Positions 54,410-64,000 of a stretch of 64,000 nt of DNA are shown piece by piece. Within the stretch, counting starts at the first letter, position 1, and every line of letters starts with the position of its first letter. The notes under the pieces are model-generated. The model had not been told where the DNA came from. It saw nothing but the letters and a program-made list of their open reading frames with translations, and did no database searches. Origin of the DNA: Escherichia phage ZCEC14; the sequence record OP168898.1. The stretch is one strand, 5' to 3'. A program made the position numbers and the translations under genes.

Positions 54410-56227
54410 ATGATTAAGAATGAAATTAAAATTCTGAGCGATATTGAACATATCAAAAAGCGTAGCGGCATGTACATTGGCTCTTCAGCTAATGAAATGC
54501 ATGAGCGCTTTCTGTTTGGTAAATGGGAAAGTGTTCAGTATGTACCTGGTCTTGTTAAGCTTATTGATGAAATTATCGATAACTCAGTAGATGAAGGTAT
54601 TCGTACTAAGTTTAAATTCGCAAATAAAATTAATGTTACTATCAAAAACAATCAAGTAACAGTTGAAGATAACGGTCGTGGTATTCCACAAGCGATGGTT
54701 AAAACACCTACCGGTGAAGAAATTCCTGGTCCTGTTGCTGCGTGGACTATTCCAAAAGCAGGTGGTAACTTTGGTGATGATAAAGAACGCGTCACTGGCG
54801 GTATGAATGGTGTTGGTTCTAGTTTGACAAACATTTTTTCTGTGATGTTTGTTGGTGAAACTGGCGACGGTGAAAATAATATTGTAGTTCGTTGTTCAAA
54901 TGGCATGGAAAATAAATCATGGGAAGATATTCCTGGAAAATGGAAAGGAACCCGTGTTACTTTCATTCCTGATTTTATGTCATTTGAAACTAATGAGCTG
55001 TCCCAAGTTTATCTTGACATTACACTAGATCGTCTCCAGACACTTGCTGTTGTTTATCCTGATATTCAATTTACCTTTAATGGTAAAAAGGTTCAGGGCA
55101 ATTTTAAGAAATATGCACGCCAATATGATGAGCATGCTATCGTTCAAGAACAAGAAAATTGTTCTATTGCGGTTGGTCGTTCACCGGATGGTTTTCGTCA
55201 ATTAACATACGTGAATAACATTCATACTAAGAATGGTGGCCATCACATTGACTGCGTTATGGATGATATTTGTGAAGACCTTATTCCACAAATCAAACGT
55301 AAGTTCAAAATTGATGTAACTAAAGCACGCGTTAAAGAATGTTTGACTATCGTTATGTTTGTTCGTGATATGAAAAACATGCGATTTGATTCTCAAACTA
55401 AAGAGCGTTTGACTTCTCCATTTGGCGAAATTCGTAGTCATATTCAACTTGATGCTAAAAAGATTTCACGTGCTATTCTAAATAATGAAGCGATTTTGAT
55501 GCCGATTATTGAAGCTGCTTTGGCTCGTAAATTGGCGGCAGAAAAAGCAGCAGAAACTAAAGCAGCTAAAAAGGCTTCTAAAGCTAAGGTTCATAAACAT
55601 ATTAAAGCGAATCTTTGTGGTAAAGATGCTGATACTACTCTTTTCTTGACTGAGGGTGATTCTGCTATCGGATATCTTATTGATGTTCGTGATAAAGAAC
55701 TTCACGGTGGTTATCCATTGCGTGGTAAAGTTCTTAATAGCTGGGGTATGTCTTATGCCGATATGCTTAAAAACAAAGAACTGTTTGATATTTGCGCAAT
55801 CACTGGATTAGTTCTTGGTGAAAAAGCCGAAAACTTGAATTATCATAATATTGCAATTATGACTGATGCTGACCATGATGGTCTAGGAAGCATTTATCCT
55901 TCTCTGCTCGGATTTTTTAGTAATTGGCCAGAACTGTTTGAACAAGGAAGAATTCGTTTTGTCAAAACTCCTGTAATCATCGCTCAGGTCGGTAAAAAAC
56001 AAGAATGGTTTTATACAGTCGCTGAATATGAGAGTGCCAAAGATGCTCTACCTAAACATAGCATCCGTTATATTAAGGGACTTGGCTCTTTGGAAAAATC
56101 TGAATATCGTGAGATGATTCAAAACCCAGTATATGATGTTGTTAAACTTCCTGAGAACTGGAAAGAGCTTTTTGAAATGCTCATGGGAGATAATGCTGAC
56201 CTTCGTAAAGAATGGATGAGCCAGTAG
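54410..56227 (+). CDS. 39: DNA topoisomerase II large subunit gp39, uninterrupted
   Basis: 605 aa from ATG; GyrB-like ATPase and Toprim motifs in one continuous ORF. Confidence 0.9.
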   Translation: MIKNEIKILSDIEHIKKRSGMYIGSSANEMHERFLFGKWESVQYVPGLVKLIDEIIDNSVDEGIRTKFKFANKINVTIKNNQVTVEDNGRGIPQAMVKTPTGEEIPGPVAAWTIPKAGGNFGDDKERVTGGMNGVGSSLTNIFSVMFVGETGDGENNIVVRCSNGMENKSWEDIPGKWKGTRVTFIPDFMSFETNELSQVYLDITLDRLQTLAVVYPDIQFTFNGKKVQGNFKKYARQYDEHAIVQEQENCSIAVGRSPDGFRQLTYVNNIHTKNGGHHIDCVMDDICEDLIPQIKRKFKIDVTKARVKECLTIVMFVRDMKNMRFDSQTKERLTSPFGEIRSHIQLDAKKISRAILNNEAILMPIIEAALARKLAAEKAAETKAAKKASKAKVHKHIKANLCGKDADTTLFLTEGDSAIGYLIDVRDKELHGGYPLRGKVLNSWGMSYADMLKNKELFDICAITGLVLGEKAENLNYHNIAIMTDADHDGLGSIYPSLLGFFSNWPELFEQGRIRFVKTPVIIAQVGKKQEWFYTVAEYESAKDALPKHSIRYIKGLGSLEKSEYREMIQNPVYDVVKLPENWKELFEMLMGDNADLRKEWMSQ

Positions 56228-56256
56228 TTTACTTTACCACAAGGATGTGGTAAAAT
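56227..56256 (+). promoter_or_regulatory. early sigma70-type promoter
   Basis: -35 GTTTAC 56227-56232, 18-bp spacer, -10 TAAAAT 56251-56256; near-identical to promoter at 12536. Confidence 0.65.
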
Positions 56257-56281
56257 TAATTGGGCAAATGAGGATATTGAA

Positions 56282-56485
56282 ATGAAATCATACAAAGTAA
56301 ATTTAGAACTTTTTGATAAAGCAGTTCATCGAGAATATAGAATCATTCAACGCTTTTTCGATATGGGAGAAGCCGAAGAGTTTAAAAACCGCTTTAAGGA
56401 TATTAGAGATAAAATTCAATCCGATACCGCAACTAAAGATGAACTACTAGAAGTTGCTGAAGTTATTAAACGCAATATGAATTAA
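56282..56485 (+). CDS. hypothetical protein (rIIA.1 position)
   Basis: 67-aa ORF; SD gagga. Confidence 0.5.
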   Translation: MKSYKVNLELFDKAVHREYRIIQRFFDMGEAEEFKNRFKDIRDKIQSDTATKDELLEVAEVIKRNMN

Positions 56486-56495
56486 TGAGGAAATT

Positions 56496-58673
56496 ATGAT
56501 TATCACCACTGAAAAAGAAACAATTCTTGGTAATGGTTCTAAATCAAAAGCATTTAGCATCACAGCATCTCCTAAAGTATTCAAAATTCTGTCATCTGAT
56601 TTGTATACAAACAAGATTCGCGCAGTAGTCCGTGAATTGATTACTAACATGATTGATGCCCATGCTCTCAATGGAAATCCTGAAAAATTTATCATTCAAG
56701 TTCCAGGACGATTAGATCCTCGATTTGTTTGTCGAGATTTTGGTCCAGGTATGAGCGATTTTGATATTCAGGGTGATGATAATTCTCCTGGGTTGTATAA
56801 TTCATACTTTAGTTCATCTAAGGCTGAATCTAACGATTTCATTGGTGGATTTGGTTTAGGTTCTAAATCTCCGTTTAGTTATACTGATACATTTAGTATT
56901 ACTTCATATCATAAAGGCGAAATTCGTGGTTATGTAGCTTACATGGATGGTGATGGCCCACAGATTAAACCTACATTCGTAAAAGAAATGGGTCCAGATG
57001 ATAAAACTGGTATTGAAATCGTAGTTCCAGTTGAAGAAAAAGACTTTAGAAACTTTGCTTATGAAGTTTCTTATATCATGCGGCCGTTCAAAGATTTGGC
57101 TATCATTAATGGTCTTGACCGCGAAATTGATTATTTTCCGGATTTCGATGACTATTACGGCGTAAATCCAGAAAGATACTGGCCTGATCGTGGTGGATTA
57201 TATGCTATCTATGGCGGTATTGTTTATCCTATTGATGGTGTTATTAGAGACCGTAACTGGTTAAGCATTCGCAATGAAGTGAATTATATTAAGTTTCCAA
57301 TGGGTTCACTTGATATTGCTCCATCACGTGAAGCTCTTTCATTAGATGATCGTACTCGTAAAAATATTATTGAGCGTGTTAAAGAACTCAGTGAGAAGGC
57401 ATTCAATGAAGATGTAAAACGATTTAAAGAATCTACATCTCCTCGTCATACATACCGTGAATTGATGAAGATGGGATATTCTGCTCGAGATTATATGATT
57501 AGTAATTCAGTCAAATTTACGACTAAAAATCTGTCATATAAGAAGATGCAAAGCATGTTTGAACCTGACAGTAAGTTATGCAATGCAGGGGTTGTATATG
57601 AAGTAAATCTTGACCCTCGGCTGAAACGCATTAAGCAAAGCCATGAAACTTCAGCCGTTGCATCAAGTTATCGTCTGTTTGGTATTAATACAACAAAAAT
57701 TAATATCGTTATTGATGATATTAAAAATCGTGTTAATATTGTTCGTGGATTAGCACATGCGTTAGATGATAGTGAATTTAATAACACTTTGAATATTCAT
57801 CACAATGAGCGTCTTCTGTTTATTAATCCAGAAGTAGAATCGCAGATTGATTTACTCCCTGATATTATGGCGATGTTTGAAAGTGATGAAGTTAACATTC
57901 ATTATTTGTCAGAAATTGAAGCTTTAGTTAAAAGCTATATTCCAAAGGTAGTTAAAAGTAAAGCTCCTCGTCCTAAAGCTGCTACAGCATTTAAGTTTGA
58001 AATTAAAGACGGGCGGTGGGAAAAAGAGGAATTATTTACGCTCACATCAGAAGCAGATGAAATTACTGGGTATGTAGCGTATATGCATCGTTCTGATATT
58101 TTCTCTATGGATGGTACTACATCTCTTTGTCATCCATCTATGAATATTTTGATTCGTATGGCTAATCTTATTGGCATTAATGAATTTTATGTTATTCGTC
58201 CGCTTTTACAGAAAAAGGTAAAAGAACTCGGTCAGTGCCAATGTATTTTTGAAGCTTTGCGTGATTTATATGTAGATGCTTTTGATGATGTAGATTATGA
58301 TAAGTATGTAGGTTATTCAAGTTCAGCTAAACGATATATTGATAAAATTATCAAGTATCCTGAGTTAGATTTTATGATGAAGTACTTCAGTGTAGATGAA
58401 GTTTCTGAAGAATATACACGACTTGCTAATATGGTTAGTTCATTACAGGGTGTATATTTTAATGGTGGAAAAGATACCATCGGTCATGACATCTGGACAG
58501 TAACTAATCTTTTTGATGTATTATCAAATAATGCTTCAAAAAACAGTGATAAAATGGTTGCTGAGTTTACCAAGAAATTCCGTATTGTTTCCGACTTCAT
58601 CGGTTATCGCAACTCTTTAAGTGATGATGAAGTTTCCCAAATCGCTAAAACTATGAAGGCTCTTGCGGCCTAA
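56496..58673 (+). CDS. rIIA: rIIA protein
   Basis: 725 aa; N-terminal GHKL-type ATPase motifs; matches T4 rIIA. Confidence 0.9.
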   Translation: MIITTEKETILGNGSKSKAFSITASPKVFKILSSDLYTNKIRAVVRELITNMIDAHALNGNPEKFIIQVPGRLDPRFVCRDFGPGMSDFDIQGDDNSPGLYNSYFSSSKAESNDFIGGFGLGSKSPFSYTDTFSITSYHKGEIRGYVAYMDGDGPQIKPTFVKEMGPDDKTGIEIVVPVEEKDFRNFAYEVSYIMRPFKDLAIINGLDREIDYFPDFDDYYGVNPERYWPDRGGLYAIYGGIVYPIDGVIRDRNWLSIRNEVNYIKFPMGSLDIAPSREALSLDDRTRKNIIERVKELSEKAFNEDVKRFKESTSPRHTYRELMKMGYSARDYMISNSVKFTTKNLSYKKMQSMFEPDSKLCNAGVVYEVNLDPRLKRIKQSHETSAVASSYRLFGINTTKINIVIDDIKNRVNIVRGLAHALDDSEFNNTLNIHHNERLLFINPEVESQIDLLPDIMAMFESDEVNIHYLSEIEALVKSYIPKVVKSKAPRPKAATAFKFEIKDGRWEKEELFTLTSEADEITGYVAYMHRSDIFSMDGTTSLCHPSMNILIRMANLIGINEFYVIRPLLQKKVKELGQCQCIFEALRDLYVDAFDDVDYDKYVGYSSSAKRYIDKIIKYPELDFMMKYFSVDEVSEEYTRLANMVSSLQGVYFNGGKDTIGHDIWTVTNLFDVLSNNASKNSDKMVAEFTKKFRIVSDFIGYRNSLSDDEVSQIAKTMKALAA

Positions 58674-58684
58674 TAAGGAAAATT

Positions 58685-59623
58685 ATGTACAATATTAAAT
58701 GCTTGACCAAAAACGAACAAGCTGAAATTGTTAAACTGTATTCAAGTGGTAATTACACCCAACAGGAATTGGCTGATTGGCAAGGTGTATCGGTTGACAC
58801 AATCCGTCGTGTTTTGAAAAATGCTGAAGAAGCTAAACGCTCTAAAGTTACTATTAGCGGTGATATTACAGTTAAAGTTAATAGCGATGCAGTTATTGCT
58901 CCAGTTGCTAAATCTGACATTATTTGGAATGCATCTAAAAAATTCATTTCAATTACTGTTGACGGTGTAACTTATAACGCAACTCCTAATACTCATTCAA
59001 ACTTCCAGGAAATTCTTAATCTGCTTGTAGCAGATAAGCTGGAAGAAGCTGCACAAAAAATTAATGTTCGTCGCGCTGTTGAAAAATATATTTCCGGCGA
59101 TGTTCGAATTGAAGGTGGAAGCTTGTTCTATCAAAATATTGAATTGCGGTCTGGTTTGGTTGATCGTATTCTTGACTCGATGGAAAAAGGCGAAAACTTT
59201 GAATTTTATTTTCCGTTCTTGGAAAATCTGCTGGAAAACCCAAGCCAAAAAGCGGTATCTCGACTCTTTGATTTCTTGGTAGCAAACGATATTGAAATTA
59301 CAGAAGATGGTTACTTCTATGCTTGGAAAGTAGTTCGTAGCAATTACTTTGACTGTCACTCAAATACCTTTGATAACAGTCCTGGTAAAGTAGTTAAAAT
59401 GCCACGTACTCGTGTGAACGACGATGATACACAAACTTGTTCTCGTGGTCTGCATGTGTGTTCTAAATCTTATATTCGTCACTTTGGTAGTTCAACCAGC
59501 CGAGTTGTAAAAGTTAAAGTACATCCTCGCGATGTAGTATCAATTCCGATTGATTACAACGATGCTAAAATGCGTACCTGCCAATACGAAGTAGTTGAAG
59601 ACGTTACTGAACAATTTAAATAA
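58685..59623 (+). CDS. rIIB: rIIB protein
   Basis: 312 aa; matches T4 rIIB and follows rIIA. Confidence 0.9.
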   Translation: MYNIKCLTKNEQAEIVKLYSSGNYTQQELADWQGVSVDTIRRVLKNAEEAKRSKVTISGDITVKVNSDAVIAPVAKSDIIWNASKKFISITVDGVTYNATPNTHSNFQEILNLLVADKLEEAAQKINVRRAVEKYISGDVRIEGGSLFYQNIELRSGLVDRILDSMEKGENFEFYFPFLENLLENPSQKAVSRLFDFLVANDIEITEDGYFYAWKVVRSNYFDCHSNTFDNSPGKVVKMPRTRVNDDDTQTCSRGLHVCSKSYIRHFGSSTSRVVKVKVHPRDVVSIPIDYNDAKMRTCQYEVVEDVTEQFK

Positions 59624-59637
59624 GGGCTTCGGCCCTT
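59622..59637 (+). other. UUCG-loop hairpin without T-tract
   Basis: aagggc-ttcg-gccctt overlapping rIIB stop; no downstream U-run. Confidence 0.4.
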
Positions 59638-59651
59638 AACTAAGGAAAATT

Positions 59652-59846
59652 ATGTTAGGTTATCAAGCACGAGTAAAAGAAGAATACGATCAATTAATGC
59701 TCAAAATTAATGCACTGAGTAAATTTTTAGAAAGCGCAAAGTTTCTAACAGTTAGTGCAGTTGAGCAAGAACTGTTACTTTCACAGTTCATCTCAATGAA
59801 ATCTTACGCTGAATGTCTAGAGAAAAGAATTGCACAATTCAAATAA
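59652..59846 (+). CDS. small helical protein
   Basis: 64-aa ORF; SD aaggaaaat. Confidence 0.5.
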   Translation: MLGYQARVKEEYDQLMLKINALSKFLESAKFLTVSAVEQELLLSQFISMKSYAECLEKRIAQFK

Positions 59847-59849
59847 AAT

Positions 59850-59872
59850 AAGGGCTTCGGCCCTTTTGTTTT
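59850..59872 (+). terminator. intrinsic terminator
   Basis: aagggc-ttcg-gccctt followed by ttgtttt. Confidence 0.8.
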
Positions 59873-59928
59873 AAGAGAAATTATGATTTATATGAATACC
59901 AGTGATTCCGACATAAAGGAAAGTTTAA

Positions 59929-60486
59929 ATGCAGAAAACGAATCCGGGTTTGCAGAGACTATTTCAGATTCCGTCATTTACCCTATCGAATAGTGACTTG
60001 ACTAGTGAAATGAAGGTCAAAATTGCTGATACAGCGAGATACTCTTTAAAACAAAATCCAAATCAGGATAAGGCAGAAGTTATTGAAAGATGCCGTATAG
60101 CCGTGTACGCAGAGTTTTTTGTGGCAGATTGGCTAAGCGGATATGTCAATAAAGGCCAAGAAAATGTCGATGATCCGTACACATATGCATGGGATGTTTT
60201 GGCACATCCAAAATACTGTGGGCTTCGTGTAGAAGTTAAGACACATCAAACTGACTCACGTTGGATTTCGGTAACAACAGGATGCAGCGGAGAGTATCCA
60301 TATGGTTCTGGAATAAATCTAGGGCCCATTCTGAATCACCAAGTCGCTGACTGTATAATTATATTCAACACTAAAGAAATTCACCCAGGTGTCATCCAGT
60401 ACACTCCGAAGTTCATCGGTGACAGAGAAGACCTTCGCAAGGTTGTAAGAAAAAGCAACTACAATGGATGGTATCTTTCCATTTAA
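59929..60486 (+). CDS. denB: endonuclease IV (DenB)
   Basis: 185 aa; position after rIIB and sequence as recalled for T4 DenB. Confidence 0.8.
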   Translation: MQKTNPGLQRLFQIPSFTLSNSDLTSEMKVKIADTARYSLKQNPNQDKAEVIERCRIAVYAEFFVADWLSGYVNKGQENVDDPYTYAWDVLAHPKYCGLRVEVKTHQTDSRWISVTTGCSGEYPYGSGINLGPILNHQVADCIIIFNTKEIHPGVIQYTPKFIGDREDLRKVVRKSNYNGWYLSI

Positions 60487-60503
60487 AAAAATTTCACAAA
60501 ACA

Positions 60504-60533
60504 GTTTACATACCACAAGGACCGTGGTACTAT
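60504..60533 (+). promoter_or_regulatory. early sigma70-type promoter
   Basis: -35 GTTTAC 60504-60509, 18-bp spacer with ccac/gtgg repeat, TGgTACTAT -10 at 60528-60533. Confidence 0.7.
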
Positions 60534-60567
60534 ATAACTATCAACTGATACGGATTTGGAGAATAAA

Positions 60568-60774
60568 ATGTTTACTACAGCTGAATTAAAACGAGCAAAA
60601 GCTAAGAAAGGGCAAGGGAAATATAAATCTGAATTAGTTAAAGAACTTCAGTTTGCTGAGGCTGAATTGAATTCAATGATTATTCAAAATGCTCCAGAAA
60701 CTGAAATTGCCCTTAAACGTATTGCGAATAAGTGTCTTCGTGATGCAATCGTTGATCTTTTAGCGGATTATTGA
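60568..60774 (+). CDS. hypothetical protein
   Basis: 68 aa from ATG after leader ggatttggagaataaaATG. Confidence 0.45.
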   Translation: MFTTAELKRAKAKKGQGKYKSELVKELQFAEAELNSMIIQNAPETEIALKRIANKCLRDAIVDLLADY

Positions 60775-60991
60775 GTAAAATGAAAATCGTTGAGATTGAA
60801 CTATGAGTTCACTATGGTGGTGTTTTGTTTGGTTAATTAGTATTCCATTAATTTGTTTAACATTTACTTTTGTTATGAGGTTATTATGAAAATTTTTAAT
60901 TCTGTACTTATTGCTTGTGCGTGGTGGGTTGCACAAGTTTCGGCAGTGGTGATTGGTATTCACATTTATTACGAATATTTTTAAAAAAGTT

Positions 60992-61021
60992 GTTTACAAG
61001 ACTGTTCCTCTGTGGTATTAT
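60992..61021 (+). promoter_or_regulatory. early sigma70-type promoter with SD-complementary spacer
   Basis: -35 GTTTAC 60992-60997, -10 TATTAT 61016-61021; spacer ctgttcctc (61002-61010) complementary to gaggaacag (61038-61046). Confidence 0.7.
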
Positions 61022-61049
61022 TACCCTATCAACTACGGAGGAACAGAAA

Positions 61050-61163
61050 ATGAAAAAGATTATTAAAGCTATATGGAATGTAGTTATAATACTAGTAGTT
61101 TTGAGTATATTCCCAATCGTTTTAATGATTGATGTATTAAACGTTTACTTTGGATTTATGTGA
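61050..61163 (+). CDS. hydrophobic micro-protein (37 aa)
   Basis: ATG after promoter/leader cassette; single predicted TM helix. Confidence 0.35.
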   Translation: MKKIIKAIWNVVIILVVLSIFPIVLMIDVLNVYFGFM

Positions 61164-61170
61164 GGAAAAT

Positions 61171-61368
61171 ATGAAGCGTAAACGCAGTGCTTTTACATTT
61201 ATTGAATGGTTTTTCGATAATATTTTTCCGGCTTTATTCATTTTCATGCTGATTTTTGCCTTAGGTTCAGTTGTAGTTGGAATCTATTTGATGACAGTAG
61301 TCGGAATTGATATTCATCAAAACGGTTTAAAATCCGTGATTGAAACAATTTGGAATGGTGTAAAATGA
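61171..61368 (+). CDS. small membrane protein
   Basis: 65 aa from ATG with SD gtgaggaaaat; hydrophobic core. Confidence 0.45.
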   Translation: MKRKRSAFTFIEWFFDNIFPALFIFMLIFALGSVVVGIYLMTVVGIDIHQNGLKSVIETIWNGVK

Positions 61369-61482
61369 TGAATTTGTTGAGCGGTTGGTTTTATATTCTT
61401 GTATTTTACATTGGCGCAAATTTCCCATACTGGATGGGATGGTCAACAACTGCATTCGGATTTTATACTCCTGAGGTGAATT

Positions 61483-61698
61483 ATGAAAAGTTTTAAAGAT
61501 GTAAAAGTTGGTGAAATTTTTTGTTTAGATAACGGCGATCAGTTAATTCGTATTTCACCTCTTAAGAGCACCAGCGAGAAAATGACAGTTAACGCTACTT
61601 TAGCAAATAACAGTAATGAACGTTTCTGTATTGAAAATGATACTGAAACTTATACCGTAGAAGAGTTTTGGGAATTGAGCGTCGACTGCGACGATTAA
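61483..61698 (+). CDS. hypothetical protein
   Basis: 71-aa ORF; SD gaggtga. Confidence 0.45.
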   Translation: MKSFKDVKVGEIFCLDNGDQLIRISPLKSTSEKMTVNATLANNSNERFCIENDTETYTVEEFWELSVDCDD

Positions 61699-61758
61699 TT
61701 TAATGGCCGTGTGTATTCATGCGGCCTTGGAGTAGAAAATAATTTAGAGGAAATTAAT

Positions 61759-62217
61759 ATGAAATATATGACTGTTACTGATCTGAATAATGCAGGCGCT
61801 ACTGTTATTGGTACAATCAAAGGCGGTGAGTGGTTTTTGGGAACTCCGCATAAAGATATTTTATCTAAACCTGGATTTTACTTTTTAGTGAGTAAATTAG
61901 ATGGTCGTCCATTTAGTAATCCGTGCGTGTCTGCACGATTTTATGTAGGTAATCAGCGTTCTAAGCAAGGATTCAGTGCGGTTCTAAGTCATATTCGTCA
62001 GCGTCGGTCTCAGCTTGCGCGTACTATTGCAAATAACAATGTTCCATACACAGTATTTTATCTGCCTGCTTCTAAGATGAAACCTCTGACGACGGGATTT
62101 GGAAAAGGACAGTTAGCTTTAGCGTTTACTCGTAATCATCATTCTGAGTATCAAACACTTGAAGAAATGAACCGTATGTTGGTTGATAATTTTAAATTCG
62201 TTTTGCAGGCATATTAA
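61759..62217 (+). CDS. ndd: nucleoid disruption protein Ndd
   Basis: 152 aa from ATG ([15 protein letters not shown]...); sequence as recalled for T4 Ndd; SD gaggaaatt. Confidence 0.8.
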
Positions 62218-62304
62218 TGAGTAATTTCCACAACGAACACGTGATGCAGTTCTATCGTAATAATCTTAAAACTAAAGGCGTCTTCGGACGCCAGTGAGGA
62301 AAAT

Positions 62305-62463
62305 ATGAATATTGCAAAATTATTAGGAGTTATTTCATTTATTTGTTGGATAGTAGCATGTGTTTTAACTATCTGTATTGATGCCAGCAGTGTGTTTTCG
62401 CAAGCTTTAGCTCAGGGTATGTGTGCATATTTAACATTTGTGTTGTTATCTACTAATGATTAA
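62305..62463 (+). CDS. small membrane protein
   Basis: 52-aa hydrophobic ORF with SD gtgaggaaaat. Confidence 0.35.
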   Translation: MNIAKLLGVISFICWIVACVLTICIDASSVFSQALAQGMCAYLTFVLLSTND

Positions 62464-62600
62464 GAAAATCTTGGGCTATTCATTAGCCCTTGCTACTTTA
62501 TTGGTAGCACTATATTATGGAGTAATGTTCGGATTAATTCAAGTCGTGCTTTTCATTTCTGATGTTATTATGGCACTACATTCACTAGTATGGTAAATTT

Positions 62601-63929
62601 ATGCAACTGAATAATCGCGATTTAAAAAGTATCATTGATAATGAAGCATTGGCTTATGCTATGTACACGGTTGAAAATCGTGCTATCCCAAATATGATTG
62701 ATGGATTTAAGCCAGTTCAACGATTTGTTATTGCTCGAGCTCTTGATTTGGCACGAGGGAATAAAGATAAGTTTCACAAACTCGCTTCTATTGCAGGTGG
62801 TGTAGCGGACCTTGGATATCATCATGGTGAAAACTCTGCGCAAGATGCAGGTGCTTTGATGGCTAATACTTGGAATAATAACTTCCCTTTGTTAGATGGC
62901 CAAGGAAACTTCGGTTCTCGTACTGTTCAAAAAGCAGCAGCAAGTCGTTATATTTTTGCTCGTGTAAGTAAAAATTTCTATAACGTATATAAAGATACTG
63001 AATATGCTCCGGTACATCAAGATAAAGAACACATTCCGCCTGCTTTCTATTTGCCTATTATTCCTACTGTTCTTCTTAATGGCGTTTCCGGTATTGCAAC
63101 TGGTTATGCAACTTACATTCTTCCTCATAGTGTTTCTTCTGTCAAGAAAGCTGTATTACAAGCTCTTCAAGGAAAGAAAGTAACTAAACCGAAGGTAGAA
63201 TTCCCAGAATTTCGCGGTGAAGTCGTTGAGATTGACGGGCAATATGAAATTCGTGGAACGTACAAGTTTACTTCACGAACCCAAATGCATATCACTGAGA
63301 TTCCGTATAAGTATGATCGTGAAACTTATGTAAGTAAAATCTTAGACCCGCTTGAAGATAAAGGCTTCATTACATGGGATGATGCTTGTGGTGAGCATGG
63401 CTTTGGCTTTAAAGTTAAATTCCGCAAAGAATATTCTTTGAGCGATAACGAAGAAGAACGCCATGCAAAAATTATGAAAGACTTCGGGTTGATTGAGCGC
63501 CGTTCCCAGAATATTACCGTCATTAATGAAAAAGGAAAGCTGCAAGTTTACGATAACGTAGTTGATTTAATTAAAGACTTTGTTGAAGTTCGTAAAACTT
63601 ATGTCCAAAAACGAATTGATAACAAAATCAAAGAAACTGAATCAGCATTTCGTTTAGCCTTTGCCAAGGCGCATTTCATTAAGAAAGTAATTTCAGGTGA
63701 AATCGTTGTACAGGGTAAAACTCGTAAAGAACTGACTGAAGAACTTTCTAAAATTGATATGTATTTTTCTTATGTTGATAAACTAGTTGGAATGAATATT
63801 TTTCATATGACTTCCGATGAAGCAAAGAAACTTGCAGAAGAAGCTAAAGCTAAAAAAGAAGAAAACGAATATTGGAAAACTACTGATGTAGTTACTGAAT
63901 ACACTAAAGATTTAGAGGAAATCAAATGA
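62601..63929 (+). CDS. 52: DNA topoisomerase II medium subunit gp52
   Basis: 442 aa; GyrA-like region; matches T4 gp52. Confidence 0.9.
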   Translation: MQLNNRDLKSIIDNEALAYAMYTVENRAIPNMIDGFKPVQRFVIARALDLARGNKDKFHKLASIAGGVADLGYHHGENSAQDAGALMANTWNNNFPLLDGQGNFGSRTVQKAAASRYIFARVSKNFYNVYKDTEYAPVHQDKEHIPPAFYLPIIPTVLLNGVSGIATGYATYILPHSVSSVKKAVLQALQGKKVTKPKVEFPEFRGEVVEIDGQYEIRGTYKFTSRTQMHITEIPYKYDRETYVSKILDPLEDKGFITWDDACGEHGFGFKVKFRKEYSLSDNEEERHAKIMKDFGLIERRSQNITVINEKGKLQVYDNVVDLIKDFVEVRKTYVQKRIDNKIKETESAFRLAFAKAHFIKKVISGEIVVQGKTRKELTEELSKIDMYFSYVDKLVGMNIFHMTSDEAKKLAEEAKAKKEENEYWKTTDVVTEYTKDLEEIK

Positions 63930-64000
63930 GTCCATTTATAGGTATTACAAGCGCGGCATTAGTATCTGGTGGTATTTTACTGGCGGGTTTAGGTGTTGTT
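63926..64000 (+). CDS. hypothetical membrane protein, N-terminal fragment (3' end outside window)
   Basis: ATG overlapping gene 52 stop; hydrophobic MSPFIGITSAALVSGGILLAGLGVV; runs off the window. Confidence 0.4.
   Translation, partial: MSPFIGITSAALVSGGILLAGLGVV

Noticed and set aside
54067-54477. 136-aa minus-strand ORF
   Set aside because: Antisense to the lipoprotein gene and the start of gene 39; spans a terminator and promoter region; no SD.
60915-61049. Upstream extension of the 37-aa micro-ORF
   Set aside because: Runs through the promoter at 60992; only the part from ATG 61050 is downstream of the transcription start.
62276-62296. ggcgtc-ttcg-gacgcc hairpin after ndd
   Set aside because: Good UUCG hairpin but no downstream T-tract, so not called a terminator; may be an RNA stability element.
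1-64000. tRNA genes, CRISPR arrays, group I introns, homing endonuclease genes
   Set aside because: No cloverleaf-like conserved tRNA sequences, no direct-repeat/spacer arrays, and no GIY-YIG or HNH motifs were seen; core genes that carry introns in T4 are continuous here.

Overview
This window is a near-contiguous early/middle-gene block of a T4-like (Tevenvirinae) coliphage, collinear with T4 from the tk region to gene 52. All genes but one run on the + strand. Recognised core genes, in order: tk, rI, nrdC, 49 (endo VII), nrdD, nrdG, an nrdH-like glutaredoxin, 55, a-gt, 47, 46, rpbA, 45, 44, 62, regA, 43, imm, 42, a GT-A glycosyltransferase at the beta-gt position, uvsX, 40, 41, dmd, sp, 61, 56, soc, modB, modA, srd, dda, dexA, 39 (uninterrupted), rIIA, rIIB, denB, ndd, 52. 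Assignments rest on my recall of T4 protein sequences, lengths and gene order; no database search was run. Between these lie many small accessory ORFs, about 20 early promoters of the GTTTAC/18-bp/extended -10 type (often inside inverted repeats, PeSL-like), and UUCG-loop intrinsic terminators. Differences from T4 as I recall it: no split of gene 39, no intron in nrdD, no homing-endonuclease genes, no beta-gt, and no methylase-sized ORF between 61 and 56. The most interesting unexplained content is in the tk-nrdC hyperplastic region: a tandem array of four paralogous coiled-coil-tailed proteins, a Pol-beta-type nucleotidyltransferase, an AAA+ ATPase, a macro-domain protein and several duplicated small-protein families. 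There is also one convergent small membrane-protein gene between 61 and 56. No tRNA, rRNA or CRISPR features were seen.
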